From Bacteroidaceae bacterium (GTDB taxonomy: Bacteria > Bacteroidota > Bacteroidia > Bacteroidales > Bacteroidaceae): a stretch of DNA of 64,000 bases. The stretch spans positions 1,688 through 65,687 of the forward strand of contig JAFZIA010000003.1 of NCBI GenBank assembly GCA_017554605.1, in the 5' to 3' direction. This document shows positions 44,304 to 54,120 of this stretch, one piece after another. The stretch's first letter is position 1. The number at the start of each line of letters is the position of its first letter. The position numbers and the translations under genes are program-made. The notes beneath the pieces are model-generated. The model was given only the letters and a program-made list of their open reading frames with translations. It ran no database searches and was not told the origin of the DNA.

Positions 44304-45260
44304 ATGAGGTGCATTTACATAAAATCGGCAATATACGCGGAGTATCAGAAAACGATATTCTTCGCTACTGGCTGCCCCACCGACGGCACACTCGAGAAAC
44401 TGCGGACAAGCAGCAACATCATAACCGATTACCTTGCCCGCAACGGTGCTCCAGGCTACACCCTTTATACAGCCGACACATCGGCACATACGCCACAAGA
44501 GCTTGCTCTAAGAAACAACCCAGCACAGTGTACACCCACAGCTACTGTGCCACAGCCGTCGGCAACACTGGCTGCCATAATAGATGCCGACTATACACAG
44601 GGTGGGCAACCCATTGTAGAGATTTTAGTGACAGACATTCCACTGTTCCCCACCCCCGAGGAGCTTCACAACTGCATATACGGGCTACTATGCGCTATAA
44701 TACGTATTGAGAAGGAGTACAGTCTGCACTCAACATCCCCCGACGTAAGCCTGCACCACCGTTTACCTGAGAGAGCAGAGAACGAGCACGAATTTATTGC
44801 CGCCGACCTGCTCTTGAGCGACACCCTTGCACAACAGCAGGAGGCCCTACCGAGCACACTGCTTATAAATAGCGATTTTGAGATTCGCCTGCCACAATAT
44901 CCGCAAATAACAATAGAGCTTGCCCCGCTGCCAAAAGCACTGTACATACTGTTGCTTATGCACCCCGAGGGCTTTGCCCTAAAGGAGATTGTCGAATATG
45001 CAACGGAGTTGCGCAGCATATACTGCACGGTATCGGGACGACAAAACACGAGCGTACTCAACAAGATGCTCAACAGCATAACCGACCCTACAAGCAACCC
45101 CCTGCACAAGAACCTTTCAATAATACGCCGCGCCTTCCTGAGCAAGCTGCGCAGCGACATTGCCGAGTGCTACATTCCCACACAGGGACGCAACACCCTG
45201 CACCGCATTCCATTGGCGAGCAGTATGATAGAGCTGCCGGCAGCCCTCTGCCACAACTAA
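44304..45260 (+). CDS. Hypothetical protein (318 aa), no family recognised
   Basis: Long ORF isolated between two terminator hairpins. A TAATTTCG -7-like box lies at 44272-44279. Confidence 0.55.
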   Translation: MRCIYIKSAIYAEYQKTIFFATGCPTDGTLEKLRTSSNIITDYLARNGAPGYTLYTADTSAHTPQELALRNNPAQCTPTATVPQPSATLAAIIDADYTQGGQPIVEILVTDIPLFPTPEELHNCIYGLLCAIIRIEKEYSLHSTSPDVSLHHRLPERAENEHEFIAADLLLSDTLAQQQEALPSTLLINSDFEIRLPQYPQITIELAPLPKALYILLLMHPEGFALKEIVEYATELRSIYCTVSGRQNTSVLNKMLNSITDPTSNPLHKNLSIIRRAFLSKLRSDIAECYIPTQGRNTLHRIPLASSMIELPAALCHN

Positions 45261-45316
45261 GCAGAAAGGGCCCGCAACCACCCGGAAAAGCGGCAGCGCA
45301 GATGCACCGCACAGAT

Positions 45317-45361
45317 AAACGGCCGTCGGGACACAAAGAGACGGCTGTTTATTTGTCTTTT
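45317..45361 (+). terminator. Terminator-like hairpin
   Basis: 11-bp stem aaacggccgtc / gacggctgttt with 1 mismatch, followed by a T-rich run. Confidence 0.5.
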
Positions 45362-45439
45362 TGCTGCAAAAATGCTATCTTCGCAACAAATATTCTATTC
45401 TACAACAAAAACAGCTTACTTTTAGAAAGTACAACAAAG

Positions 45440-47878
45440 ATGAAAGTAATGAAATTCGGCGGAACATCGGTAGGTTCCGTAAACAGCATATTGAATCTGA
45501 AAAGCATTGTCGAGGCAGCAGCCGCCAAGGAGAGAGTAATAGTAGTAGTATCGGCATTGGGCGGTATTACCGACAAACTCATAAGGACATCGCAGTTGGC
45601 AGTAGAGGGCGACGCGACCTTCAACGACGAGTTCCAGAAAATCGTAGCCCGTCACCACGACCTCATATACAGCGTAATTGAGGGCGAAGCAAAGCGCACC
45701 GCACTGCTGCAAGAGGTAGACAAGCTGCTCAACGAGCTCGACAACATCTACCAGGGACTCGCGCTCATAAACAACATAACCCCAAAGACCGAGGCAACAA
45801 TCCTCAGTTACGGCGAGAGAATATCGAGCCGCATCGTGACAGCCCTCATCGAGGGCGCAGTGCGCTACAACGCCCGCAAGTTCATAAGGACCGAGGTAAA
45901 GCACGGAAAGAACATTCTTTCGGACGAGGAGACCGACCGTCTGATACACGAGACATTCGACGGCAGCACCGACCCTGTGATAATTGTCCCGGGATTCATC
46001 TCGCAGGACACCGCCGGCGGCGACATCACCAACCTTGGACGCGGAGGCTCCGACTACACGGCAGCCATACTCGCAGCCGCGCTGAAGGCGAATATCCTCG
46101 AAATATGGACCGACGTCGACGGTTTTATGACCGCCGACCCCAAAGTGATAAACAATGCCTACACCATCAAGCGCCTGAGCTATGTGGAGGCAACCGAGCT
46201 CTGCAACTTCGGCGCAAAGGTTGTCTATCCCCCCACCATCTACCCCGTGTTCAAGGCAAATATCCCCATAGCCATAAAGAACACATTCAACCCCGAGGGA
46301 GAGGGCACAATCATAAGCTCGCAGAGTGAGTCCGAGGGACGTCAGATTAAAGGAATATCGAGCATCAACGACACAGCGCTGCTCACCGTACAAGGATTGG
46401 GAATGGTGGGTATCGTGGGCGTCAACCACCGTATATTCAAGACCCTTGCCGACGCGGACATCAGCGTGTTCCTTGTGGCGCAGGCATCATCGGAGAACAG
46501 CACATCGATAGGACTCCGCAGCGTCGATGCCGCTAAAGCGTGCAGCGTGCTGAACCGCGAGTTTGCAAAGGAGATTACAATGGGACTTATGGAGCCCGTA
46601 ACAGCATCGTGCGACCTCTCTACGGTTGCAATAGTGGGCGAGAATATGCGCCACAACGCAGGCATCATAGGAAAATTATTCCAAACATTGGGACGAAACG
46701 GTATAAACGTAGTAGCCTGTGCACAAGGCGGCCAGGAGACAAACATCTCATTTGTCGTAAACAACAAGTCGCTGCGCAAGACGCTCAATGTGATACACGA
46801 CTCGTTTTTCCTCTCGGAATACAAGGTGCTAAATCTCTTCATCTGCGGAGTGGGAACAGTGGGCGGCAGCCTCATCGAGCAGATAGCATCGCAGCGCCAG
46901 AAACTGATGGACGAGCACAGTCTGCAATTAAACGTAGTGGGAATAGCCAACAGCCGCCACGCAATATTCAACCGCGAGGGAATAGACCTCACAAGCTACC
47001 GCACAGCCTTGCTGGAGAGCCCCGAGAGTAGTGTCCAAAAGATGCGCGACGACATCATAAAGATGAATATCTTCAACTCGGTATTTGTAGACTGTACGGC
47101 AAACAGCACCGTAGCCGAGCTATATGCCGATTTTCTCTCGCACAACATTTCAGTGGTGGCAGCCAACAAGATTGCAGCCTCATCGGACTACGCCACATAC
47201 TGCGAGCTCAAGCACATAGCCCGTCAACGCAACATCAAATTCCTGTTCGAGACAAACGTGGGTGCAGGACTACCCATCATTAACACCATAAACGACCTTA
47301 TAAACAGTGGCGACAAGATATTGAAGATAGAGGCAGTACTAAGCGGCACACTAAACTTCGTATTCAATATGCTCAGCGCCGACGTACCGTTGAGCGAGAC
47401 TGTGCGCCTGGCGCAGGAGAAGGGCTACAGCGAGCCCGACCCCCGCATAGACCTAAGCGGCAAGGACGTTATCCGCAAGTTAGTGATTCTTGCACGCGAG
47501 GCTGGCTACGCAATTGAGCAGGAGGAGGTAGAAGCCAATCTCTTTATCCCCTCGGAGCTTTTCGACGGCACACTGGATAATTTCTGGGAGCAGTTGCCCA
47601 AACTCGATGCCGCATTCGAGGAACAGCGCAAGCAACTGGAAAGCGAAAAGAAACGCTGGCGCTTTGTTGCCAAATATCAGGACGGCAAGGGCAATGTATC
47701 GCTGAGCAAGGTAGACAGCTACCACCCTTTCTATAACCTCGAGGGCAGCAACAACATTGTATTGCTCACCACAGAGCGCTACAAGGAGTACCCTATGCTC
47801 ATAAAGGGGTACGGTGCTGGAGCAAGCGTAACGGCAGCAGGTGTATTTGCCGACATTATGCGAATTGCCAATATCTGA
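45440..47878 (+). CDS. thrA: Bifunctional aspartokinase / homoserine dehydrogenase
   Basis: MKVMKFGGTSVGS aspartokinase N-terminus, two ACT-like regions, and the homoserine dehydrogenase NAD motif ICGVGTVGGSL. ATG 45440 is preferred; the in-frame 91-aa upstream extension spans a terminator and a promoter. Confidence 0.92.
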   Translation: MKVMKFGGTSVGSVNSILNLKSIVEAAAAKERVIVVVSALGGITDKLIRTSQLAVEGDATFNDEFQKIVARHHDLIYSVIEGEAKRTALLQEVDKLLNELDNIYQGLALINNITPKTEATILSYGERISSRIVTALIEGAVRYNARKFIRTEVKHGKNILSDEETDRLIHETFDGSTDPVIIVPGFISQDTAGGDITNLGRGGSDYTAAILAAALKANILEIWTDVDGFMTADPKVINNAYTIKRLSYVEATELCNFGAKVVYPPTIYPVFKANIPIAIKNTFNPEGEGTIISSQSESEGRQIKGISSINDTALLTVQGLGMVGIVGVNHRIFKTLADADISVFLVAQASSENSTSIGLRSVDAAKACSVLNREFAKEITMGLMEPVTASCDLSTVAIVGENMRHNAGIIGKLFQTLGRNGINVVACAQGGQETNISFVVNNKSLRKTLNVIHDSFFLSEYKVLNLFICGVGTVGGSLIEQIASQRQKLMDEHSLQLNVVGIANSRHAIFNREGIDLTSYRTALLESPESSVQKMRDDIIKMNIFNSVFVDCTANSTVAELYADFLSHNISVVAANKIAASSDYATYCELKHIARQRNIKFLFETNVGAGLPIINTINDLINSGDKILKIEAVLSGTLNFVFNMLSADVPLSETVRLAQEKGYSEPDPRIDLSGKDVIRKLVILAREAGYAIEQEEVEANLFIPSELFDGTLDNFWEQLPKLDAAFEEQRKQLESEKKRWRFVAKYQDGKGNVSLSKVDSYHPFYNLEGSNNIVLLTTERYKEYPMLIKGYGAGASVTAAGVFADIMRIANI

Positions 47879-47893
47879 CAAATAAAGATATAT

Positions 47894-47939
47894 ACAACAG
47901 AAAAAAAGCAGCCTTGCGGGGCTGCTTTTTTTCTGTTGT
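47894..47939. terminator. Bidirectional terminator between convergent thrA and the DUF349 gene
   Basis: 20-bp stem acaacagaaaaaaagcagcc / ggctgctttttttctgttgt with A/T runs on both arms. Confidence 0.7.
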
Positions 47940-47956
47940 ATATAAGAGAATAAGTC

Positions 47957-49825
47957 TTACTGCTTCTCAATCTCCTCCTCGATAAGGTGTATCTTCTTTA
48001 GTACAACCTCGGCATCGGCTTTCAGTTTCTCCATCTTCTGACGCATAACGTCGAGCAGGCTTGCACCCTTCTTGCTCGATGTGCTCAGGAAGCCCAAATT
48101 GTTGCCGTATGTGGCAATCTCGGCCTTCATATTCTCATACTGACGTATAAGGCGCTCGCGCTCACGGCTGAGATTATTGCCGCCCTTTGCGATATTGCTG
48201 CGGAAATCGGCCAGCTTACGCTCGTTGGCGCTCACGTGCAGACGCTCATATACAGCATTCACCTGCTCCTTATACTCCTTGTATATCTTGTCCTTCTCCT
48301 TGAAGGGTACGTGTCCCACTGCGTTCCACTGTGCAACAAGCGCATTCATTGCCTTAACCTGCTCATCTTCGGCAGCAGTTGCGTCTATAGCCTTTATCTG
48401 TGCAATAATATCACGCTTGGCCTTGAGGTTCTCCTGCTCCACGCTGCGCTGCGACGATGTCGCCTTGTTGCGGCGCGCGAAGAACTCGTCACAAGCGCTT
48501 ACGAAACGCTTCCACAATGCCTCGGAATACTTTTGGGGAACAGCGCCAATCTCCTTCCACTCCTTTTGCAGACGGGTAAGGGCTTCGGCAGTCTCCTTCC
48601 AATCCTCGCTGTCCTTGAGGGCCTCGACCTGCTCACAGAGAGCACGCTTCTTCTCGAGGTTCTCTACCAACGACGATTTTACCTGCTTAAAAAATTCGCT
48701 CTTGCGGCGGAAGAACTCATCGCAGTCGTAACGGAAGCGCTCAAAAATCTTGATATTCGACTTTTGGGGAGCAAAGCCTATCTGCTTCCAGCGTACCTGC
48801 ATATCGAGTACCTGCTGAGTGGCAGTGTTCCACGCCTGATAGCTTGTGAGTGCATCGAGCTCAATAGCCTCAATCTCCTCACAGATAGCAGTCTTTTGCT
48901 CAAGGTTCTCATTCTCGCGACGTTTCTTCTCCTCGAAATAATCCTGATGACGCTTGTTCACCACTGTCGATGCAGCCTTGAAGCGGTTCCACACCTCCTC
49001 GCGCAGCTCGGGTGCCACGGGACCTGCCTCGCGGAACTCATTGTGCAACTGCTGCAACTGGCGGAAAGAAGCTATCACATCTTCGTCGCCCGCCAATGCC
49101 TCGGCCAGCTCGCAGATGCGGCTCTTTATCTCGAGATTCTTCTTGAAGTCATACTCGCGGAACTCGTGGTTGAGCTTGAGCACATCGTAGAACTGCTCCA
49201 CCAACTGCTGGTACTGATGCCACATTGTGGTTGCGGTAGCCTGGGGCACCTCCTTCAGTTCCTTCCACTGTGCCTGGATATTGCGCAATGCTGTAACATC
49301 GGGGTTGCCCTGCTCAGCCTTTGCAATAAGTTCCTGTAGTTCGCCCAGCAACGCCAACTGACGCTGGTAATTGGCCTGACGGAGTTCCTCCTGGGCTCTG
49401 AGCCACTCGCTGCGCTTCTCCTTTATGCTGTTCATTGCAGCCTTGAAGGCCTCCTCGAGCACATCGGCTGCGGGGATAAACACATTCTCTTCGCCGCCAT
49501 TCTCCACAAATGCCTTGCGTTCCTCCTCAATCTCAACAGTACGCATCTTGTAGAAGAGCATTTTAAGAGACTCCACCTCGGCCTTGCAGTTGAGTACATC
49601 GTCGCTTTCTGCAATCTGTTGCAGGCGCTCGATTACCTCCTGTCGGCTTGCCGGTTTTGAGCCTGTATTTGCACTCTCTTCCCCTTCAACGGAAAGATTT
49701 TCTGTTGTCTCCTCAACAGGTTGTTCGTAGCTCAACTTGGTCGTAGCGGCATTGTCAGCCTGTTCAGGGGTTTTCGCGATGCCCGACTCTTGGAGAGGAG
49801 CACCCGGTTTCATTGTTTCACTCAT
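47957..49825 (-). CDS. DUF349 repeat protein
   Basis: Repeated ~75-aa units carrying W..(I/A)G.(V/A)P and (L/V)W.RF..A.D.FF.RR motifs. Confidence 0.8.
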   Translation of the reverse strand: MSETMKPGAPLQESGIAKTPEQADNAATTKLSYEQPVEETTENLSVEGEESANTGSKPASRQEVIERLQQIAESDDVLNCKAEVESLKMLFYKMRTVEIEEERKAFVENGGEENVFIPAADVLEEAFKAAMNSIKEKRSEWLRAQEELRQANYQRQLALLGELQELIAKAEQGNPDVTALRNIQAQWKELKEVPQATATTMWHQYQQLVEQFYDVLKLNHEFREYDFKKNLEIKSRICELAEALAGDEDVIASFRQLQQLHNEFREAGPVAPELREEVWNRFKAASTVVNKRHQDYFEEKKRRENENLEQKTAICEEIEAIELDALTSYQAWNTATQQVLDMQVRWKQIGFAPQKSNIKIFERFRYDCDEFFRRKSEFFKQVKSSLVENLEKKRALCEQVEALKDSEDWKETAEALTRLQKEWKEIGAVPQKYSEALWKRFVSACDEFFARRNKATSSQRSVEQENLKAKRDIIAQIKAIDATAAEDEQVKAMNALVAQWNAVGHVPFKEKDKIYKEYKEQVNAVYERLHVSANERKLADFRSNIAKGGNNLSRERERLIRQYENMKAEIATYGNNLGFLSTSSKKGASLLDVMRQKMEKLKADAEVVLKKIHLIEEEIEKQ

Positions 49826-50030
49826 CTGCTTTTATTTTAAAGGTTATATGCGAATAAAAAGTGTGCGCACATATACTAAAAAATACCTATGTGTGCACCC
49901 CGTTCTCTGCATTATTGTGCGAATATAATGATAACTTTCGATTCAAACAGCATTATTCGCAAAAGTTTTTACAAACAGGATTCTTTTTACGATTTATTCT
50001 GTACTTTTTCACACTGCCAAAAGCATGCGG

Positions 50031-50735
50031 TTATAATATTTCCATTATATTTTCAAGAGCAGTTACCTCGTATGTGGGGATAAACGCCATATCCCGTACA
50101 CCTTTCGCATTATAGAATATCTGTTTAAGACCTATATTGTGCGCACCTACAATATCTGTTTCGAACATATCACCTATCATAATGCTGTTCTCAACTGTGG
50201 CACCAGTCTTTCGCAGCGCATACTCGAAGAGCTCGGGGCGGGGCTTATTTACGCCAATATGATCGGAGAGAATCAGTTCCTTGAAATAGTGCCGTATGCC
50301 CGTAGTACGCATCTTCTTGTCCTGCAATTCCTGAAAGCCATTGGAAAGTATATAAAGGTCATACTTTGGAGTAAGATACTCCAACAGTTCCACAGCCCCG
50401 GGAACAAGTTTATTCTTTGTGGGTATACGTCCAAGAGCTTCGGCACAGAAGCGTGCCGCAAGTTCCTTGTCGTGTACGCCAACAACCTCAAGAGGATAAC
50501 TGTAGCGCAAGGCATTAAGTTCTTCCTTTGTTATTTCGCCTCGTCCGTAGAGCTCCCACAATTGCAGATTGCGCGGAGTGTATATACTCATAAAATGTTC
50601 AAAAGAGTCGAAGAACCTACCGTAGCCCAGCAGGTCGTATGCCTCGTTGAAGGACTCGCGCGAGGAGGCCGAAAAGTCGTACAGCGTATCGTCGAGGTCG
50701 ATGAACACATTTTTTATATCAGGTTCTTTTGCCAT
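50031..50735 (-). CDS. HAD-superfamily hydrolase (subfamily IA, YjjG-like)
   Basis: Motif I FIDLDDTLYDF, plus SNG and GDMFETD motifs. ATG at 50735 is preferred over the TTG at 50759. Confidence 0.8.
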   Translation of the reverse strand: MAKEPDIKNVFIDLDDTLYDFSASSRESFNEAYDLLGYGRFFDSFEHFMSIYTPRNLQLWELYGRGEITKEELNALRYSYPLEVVGVHDKELAARFCAEALGRIPTKNKLVPGAVELLEYLTPKYDLYILSNGFQELQDKKMRTTGIRHYFKELILSDHIGVNKPRPELFEYALRKTGATVENSIMIGDMFETDIVGAHNIGLKQIFYNAKGVRDMAFIPTYEVTALENIMEIL

Positions 50736-50823
50736 TGTTGTCTGTGTGTATGTGTACAATTATCTTAAAAAGGCTGCATCAGAATTGACACAGCCCCTGA
50801 ATCCATAAATATTTTTTTGAAGA

Positions 50824-51654
50824 TTATACTCTTACCTGTATCACAAGGTAACGCGATGTCTCCCAAAATTTATCGGGATTGATAATCGTAAGCACGTACT
50901 GCTTATTTTCGTCGCGCTCAAGTATGTAGCTGCCCTCGGGGTGCGAAGTGAGCAATTTTGCACTCTTTGCCTGAGTGTTTATTGTGGTAAGTTCGCGCTT
51001 GTCCGACTTTGTAAAATAGTCGAGGTTGGCGTCTTTATCTGCGAGCACGTCGCCACCCTTCAATATCTTCATATCCTTGAGTTCGCGCTTTGTACCAATT
51101 GCATACCACACCGTGTTAAGCTCGTTCACCTGACGTTGGATAGTGCGTTCTTTGTCGGCATTCACAAAAGCAAGTACGGTAACAGTACTGTCGAGCTGTG
51201 CAATATCAAGGTCTTTGCTTGCAAGAAGAGCACGCAGCGAGGCAATCTCGTCGTTCTTCTGCGCGAGCAACTGCTCAAGGTTGCTTATCATCTGCTTCAA
51301 CTGCGCCGAGGCTGCCTTGTTGTTTCTTATCTGCGCCTGCAGGCGGTCAATTTCGGTCTTGTTACGCGCAAGGGTCTGGTTGATGAACGCGAGGTCGCCC
51401 GCAATAGCCTCCTTACGGCTTGTTCCGTCACCCGCAGTATTGATGTTTATGCGTCCCTGGGCCTCGTTTATTGCACGGAAGCCCTCCTCTACGAGGTTAA
51501 TTGTACTCAACATTTCCTGCAATGCCGCATCGCGCTCGTTTATCACAGTACGCAACGAGTCGTTCTGGCTCAACAGCGCATCGCGGCGTGCATTTTGCTG
51601 GCAGCTTGTGAACAGCAGCGCTGCCATTGCAAACAAGATTATACTTTTTCTCAT
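50824..51654 (-). CDS. Coiled-coil lipoprotein, hypothetical
   Basis: Lipobox LLFTSC and a heptad-rich central region (...RLQAQIRNNKAASAQLKQMISNLEQLLAQKNDEIASL...). Confidence 0.6.
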   Translation of the reverse strand: MRKSIILFAMAALLFTSCQQNARRDALLSQNDSLRTVINERDAALQEMLSTINLVEEGFRAINEAQGRININTAGDGTSRKEAIAGDLAFINQTLARNKTEIDRLQAQIRNNKAASAQLKQMISNLEQLLAQKNDEIASLRALLASKDLDIAQLDSTVTVLAFVNADKERTIQRQVNELNTVWYAIGTKRELKDMKILKGGDVLADKDANLDYFTKSDKRELTTINTQAKSAKLLTSHPEGSYILERDENKQYVLTIINPDKFWETSRYLVIQVRV

Positions 51655-51726
51655 TATCGTAATTTTTAGTTTGTTATTTTATTTATTGACGGTTCACACA
51701 ATGCCAATCTATCATAGGGAGGCATC

Positions 51727-52404
51727 TTATTTTTCCACTCCACCCACAAGAAGCACAAACTCGCCACGCGGCTCGTTTGCCGTGAAGTGTGCCACAAGTT
51801 CGTCCAACGTACCGCGCACGCACTCCTCGTGGAGCTTGGATATTTCGCGCACAGCCGCAGCCTGCCTCTCGCCGCCAAAGACCTCCTTGAGCTGGACAAG
51901 AGTCTTGAGCACCCTGTAGGGCGACTCATATATTATTATAGTGCGTTCCTCCTCCTTCAGTTGGTTGAGTCTTGTCTGCCTGCCCTTCTTCTGCGGCAAG
52001 AAACCTTCGAACACGAATTTGTCGGATGGAAGAGCCGAGCACACAAGCGCCGGCACAAAGGCTGTTGCCCCGGGGAGGCATTGCACCTCGACATTGTTGC
52101 GCACGCACTCTCGCACAAGCAAGAAGCCCGGGTCGGATATTGCCGGCGTACCTGCATCGGAGACGAGCGCCACGTGGTGCTCGCTATTCTGTATGCGCTC
52201 CACAAGACCGCCTACAGTCTTGTGCTCATTGAACTTGTGGTGCGAGTATGCAGGCACCTGAATCTCAAAATGCTTCAGGAGCTTACTCGTCGTACGCGTG
52301 TCCTCGGCGAGGATAAAGTCGGCCTCGCGCAGCACTCTGAGCGCACGCATAGTAATATCTTCGAGGTTGCCCACAGGTGTGGGCACAACATATAACATTC
52401 CCAT
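51727..52404 (-). CDS. rsmI: 16S rRNA (cytidine1402-2'-O)-methyltransferase
   Basis: LYVVPTPVGNLEDITMRALRVL...AEDTR and VSDAGTPAISDPG. The start is ambiguous between 52404 and 52398. Confidence 0.88.
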   Translation of the reverse strand: MGMLYVVPTPVGNLEDITMRALRVLREADFILAEDTRTTSKLLKHFEIQVPAYSHHKFNEHKTVGGLVERIQNSEHHVALVSDAGTPAISDPGFLLVRECVRNNVEVQCLPGATAFVPALVCSALPSDKFVFEGFLPQKKGRQTRLNQLKEEERTIIIYESPYRVLKTLVQLKEVFGGERQAAAVREISKLHEECVRGTLDELVAHFTANEPRGEFVLLVGGVEK

Positions 52405-52669
52405 TCCTATTCTTTTTTTACCGTTATTGCAGCAGAAGCGGCAAGAGCACCTCCCGCCCGGCAGTGTCCGCTGCAAATTGTTTCTGCAAAAATAATCGTT
52501 ATTGTTGAATAAGTCCCAATTTTAACAAATAAAAGCATAACAAGAATAATTTATGCAGTGCCACAGCCAAAAAACAAGAATTAAGTCCTAACTTCGCACT
52601 GTGAGCACAGACAGGCGGGCAACCCCGTACCGACAGCCACATTCACCCCCCAAAAAAAAGAAAATCGCA

Positions 52670-53809
52670 ATGTTAGTAAACAGAGAAATTACGGTAGGAC
52701 GCTTCCTGCGCATAATACTGATTCTCATCACAATGGGAATACTCTACTTTGTACTCGACAGCCTGAGCAGCGTGCTGCTGCCCTTTTTTGTAGCCTGGCT
52801 CATAGCCTATCTGCTCTACCCTATGGTATGCTTTTTTCAGTACAGGGCAAGGTTCAAGTACCGAATGCTTGCAATAATAGCATCGCTCACAGTGATGTTC
52901 ATTGCAGTAATCGGCGTATTTATGCTCATTGTCCCCTCCATCATAGGAGAATTCGCCACATTCAAGGGCGCTGCAATATCGTTCTTCGTCGAGCAGGCCA
53001 GGAACCCCTCTATCCCCGCATTCATAACCGACTACATACGCGAGGCAGGCAACGAGCAAGGTATAGTGCAGCTATTGCAGAGCGACAGCGCACAGAACAT
53101 ATTGTCCGAGGCGTGGCAACGTGCAAGCCACCTGTTATTGGGCACAATAGATGTCGTGACGCAGTTTGCGGCATCGTTCATTGTCATACTTTATATCTTC
53201 TTCATTCTGCTCGACTACGAGCGTCTTGCCGACGAGTGGAAACAGGTACTCCCCGTCAAATGGCGCAATTTCGCGACAAAACTATCAGACGACCTCACCG
53301 ACGGAATGAGCCAGTATTTCCGCGGACAGGCAATTGTAGCCCTGTGCGTAGGAATACTTTTTGCAATAGGATTCCTCATTATCGATTTTCCCATTGCCAT
53401 AGGCTTTGGACTCTTCATAGGAGCGCTCAACCTTGTGCCCTACCTGCAAATAGCAGCCCTTTTCCCAATGACGCTACTTGCTCTGATGAAAGCCGCGAAC
53501 ACAGGCGACAATTTTTGGTTGATACTCCTCTCGGCCCTTGTCGTGTTGTGCGTGGTACAAGCAATACAGGACTTGATACTTGTTCCGCGCATTATGGGCA
53601 AACGTATGAACTTGCACCCTGCCGTGATACTTCTGTCGCTGTCGGTATGGGGTAATCTGCTGGGATTGTTGGGTATGATTATAGCCCTGCCCCTGACCAC
53701 CCTGCTCATTGGCTACCTTAAGCGCTACCACGAACTGAACCACGAGCCAAACAACAACGGGGAAAGCGTCAACGTAACAAACGGAGAGACACCCCAAGAC
53801 AAAGAATAA
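52670..53809 (+). CDS. AI-2E family transporter (PerM-like permease)
   Basis: Multiple transmembrane helices and motifs typical of the family. ATG 52670 is preferred over the GTG at 52601. Confidence 0.85.
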   Translation: MLVNREITVGRFLRIILILITMGILYFVLDSLSSVLLPFFVAWLIAYLLYPMVCFFQYRARFKYRMLAIIASLTVMFIAVIGVFMLIVPSIIGEFATFKGAAISFFVEQARNPSIPAFITDYIREAGNEQGIVQLLQSDSAQNILSEAWQRASHLLLGTIDVVTQFAASFIVILYIFFILLDYERLADEWKQVLPVKWRNFATKLSDDLTDGMSQYFRGQAIVALCVGILFAIGFLIIDFPIAIGFGLFIGALNLVPYLQIAALFPMTLLALMKAANTGDNFWLILLSALVVLCVVQAIQDLILVPRIMGKRMNLHPAVILLSLSVWGNLLGLLGMIIALPLTTLLIGYLKRYHELNHEPNNNGESVNVTNGETPQDKE

Positions 53810-53876
53810 AAGCCCGTATTTATCGGGGAAATCACAAAAAAACCACTAAAAAGTTTGCAGATACAAAAAATATGCT

Positions 53877-53884
53877 TACCTTTG
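53877..53884 (+). promoter_or_regulatory. Candidate promoter of tRNA-Lys: -7 box TACCTTTG with a -33 TTTG at 53854-53857
   Basis: Exact TAnnTTTG with a TTTG 19 nt upstream. The tRNA 5' end lies 30 nt downstream. Confidence 0.5.
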
Positions 53885-53913
53885 CACTCGCTTAACGGCA
53901 GATAATTAAGGTC

Positions 53914-53986
53914 GACTCGCTAGCTCAGCAGGTAGAGCACATCCCTTTTAAGGATGGGGTCTTGGGTTCGAGCCCCAAGCGAGTCA
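53914..53986 (+). tRNA. tRNA-Lys (anticodon UUU)
   Basis: Hand-folded cloverleaf: acceptor GACTCGC/GCGAGTC, D stem GCTC/GAGC, anticodon stem CATCC/GGATG with loop CTTTTAA, T stem TTGGG/CCCAA with loop TTCGAGC, and discriminator A. No CCA is encoded. Confidence 0.93.
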
Positions 53987-53992
53987 CTCAAA

Positions 53993-54024
53993 AAGACGAG
54001 GAACATCAGTTTCTCGTCTTTTTG
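53993..54024 (+). terminator. Terminator after tRNA-Lys
   Basis: 8-bp stem aagacgag / ctcgtctt followed by TTTTT. Confidence 0.55.
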
Positions 54025-54120
54025 TTTATTAAAATATACATAAAAAAGTAACTTACACTCCATACAGGTTGTTTCAATATCTATTTTTATGTAAATTCGC
54101 GGGGTTAAACAATTGCGAAT

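Noticed and set aside
44249-44710. 153-aa plus-strand ORF overlapping the start of the 44304-45260 gene in another frame
   Set aside because: - It starts inside the terminator hairpin.
- Its translation is Arg/His-rich and implausible.
- The longer 318-aa frame is preferred.
45167-45439. In-frame 91-aa N-terminal extension of the thrA ORF
   Set aside because: - The extension overlaps the end of the upstream gene and spans a terminator hairpin and the likely promoter.
- The canonical aspartokinase N-terminus MKVMKFGGTSVGS starts at 45440.
49860-49900. Imperfect inverted repeat gtgcgcacata...tatgtgtgcac, considered as a regulatory operator
   Set aside because: On the minus strand it is followed by a T-run, so it is most simply the terminator of the HAD hydrolase gene, located upstream of the DUF349 gene.
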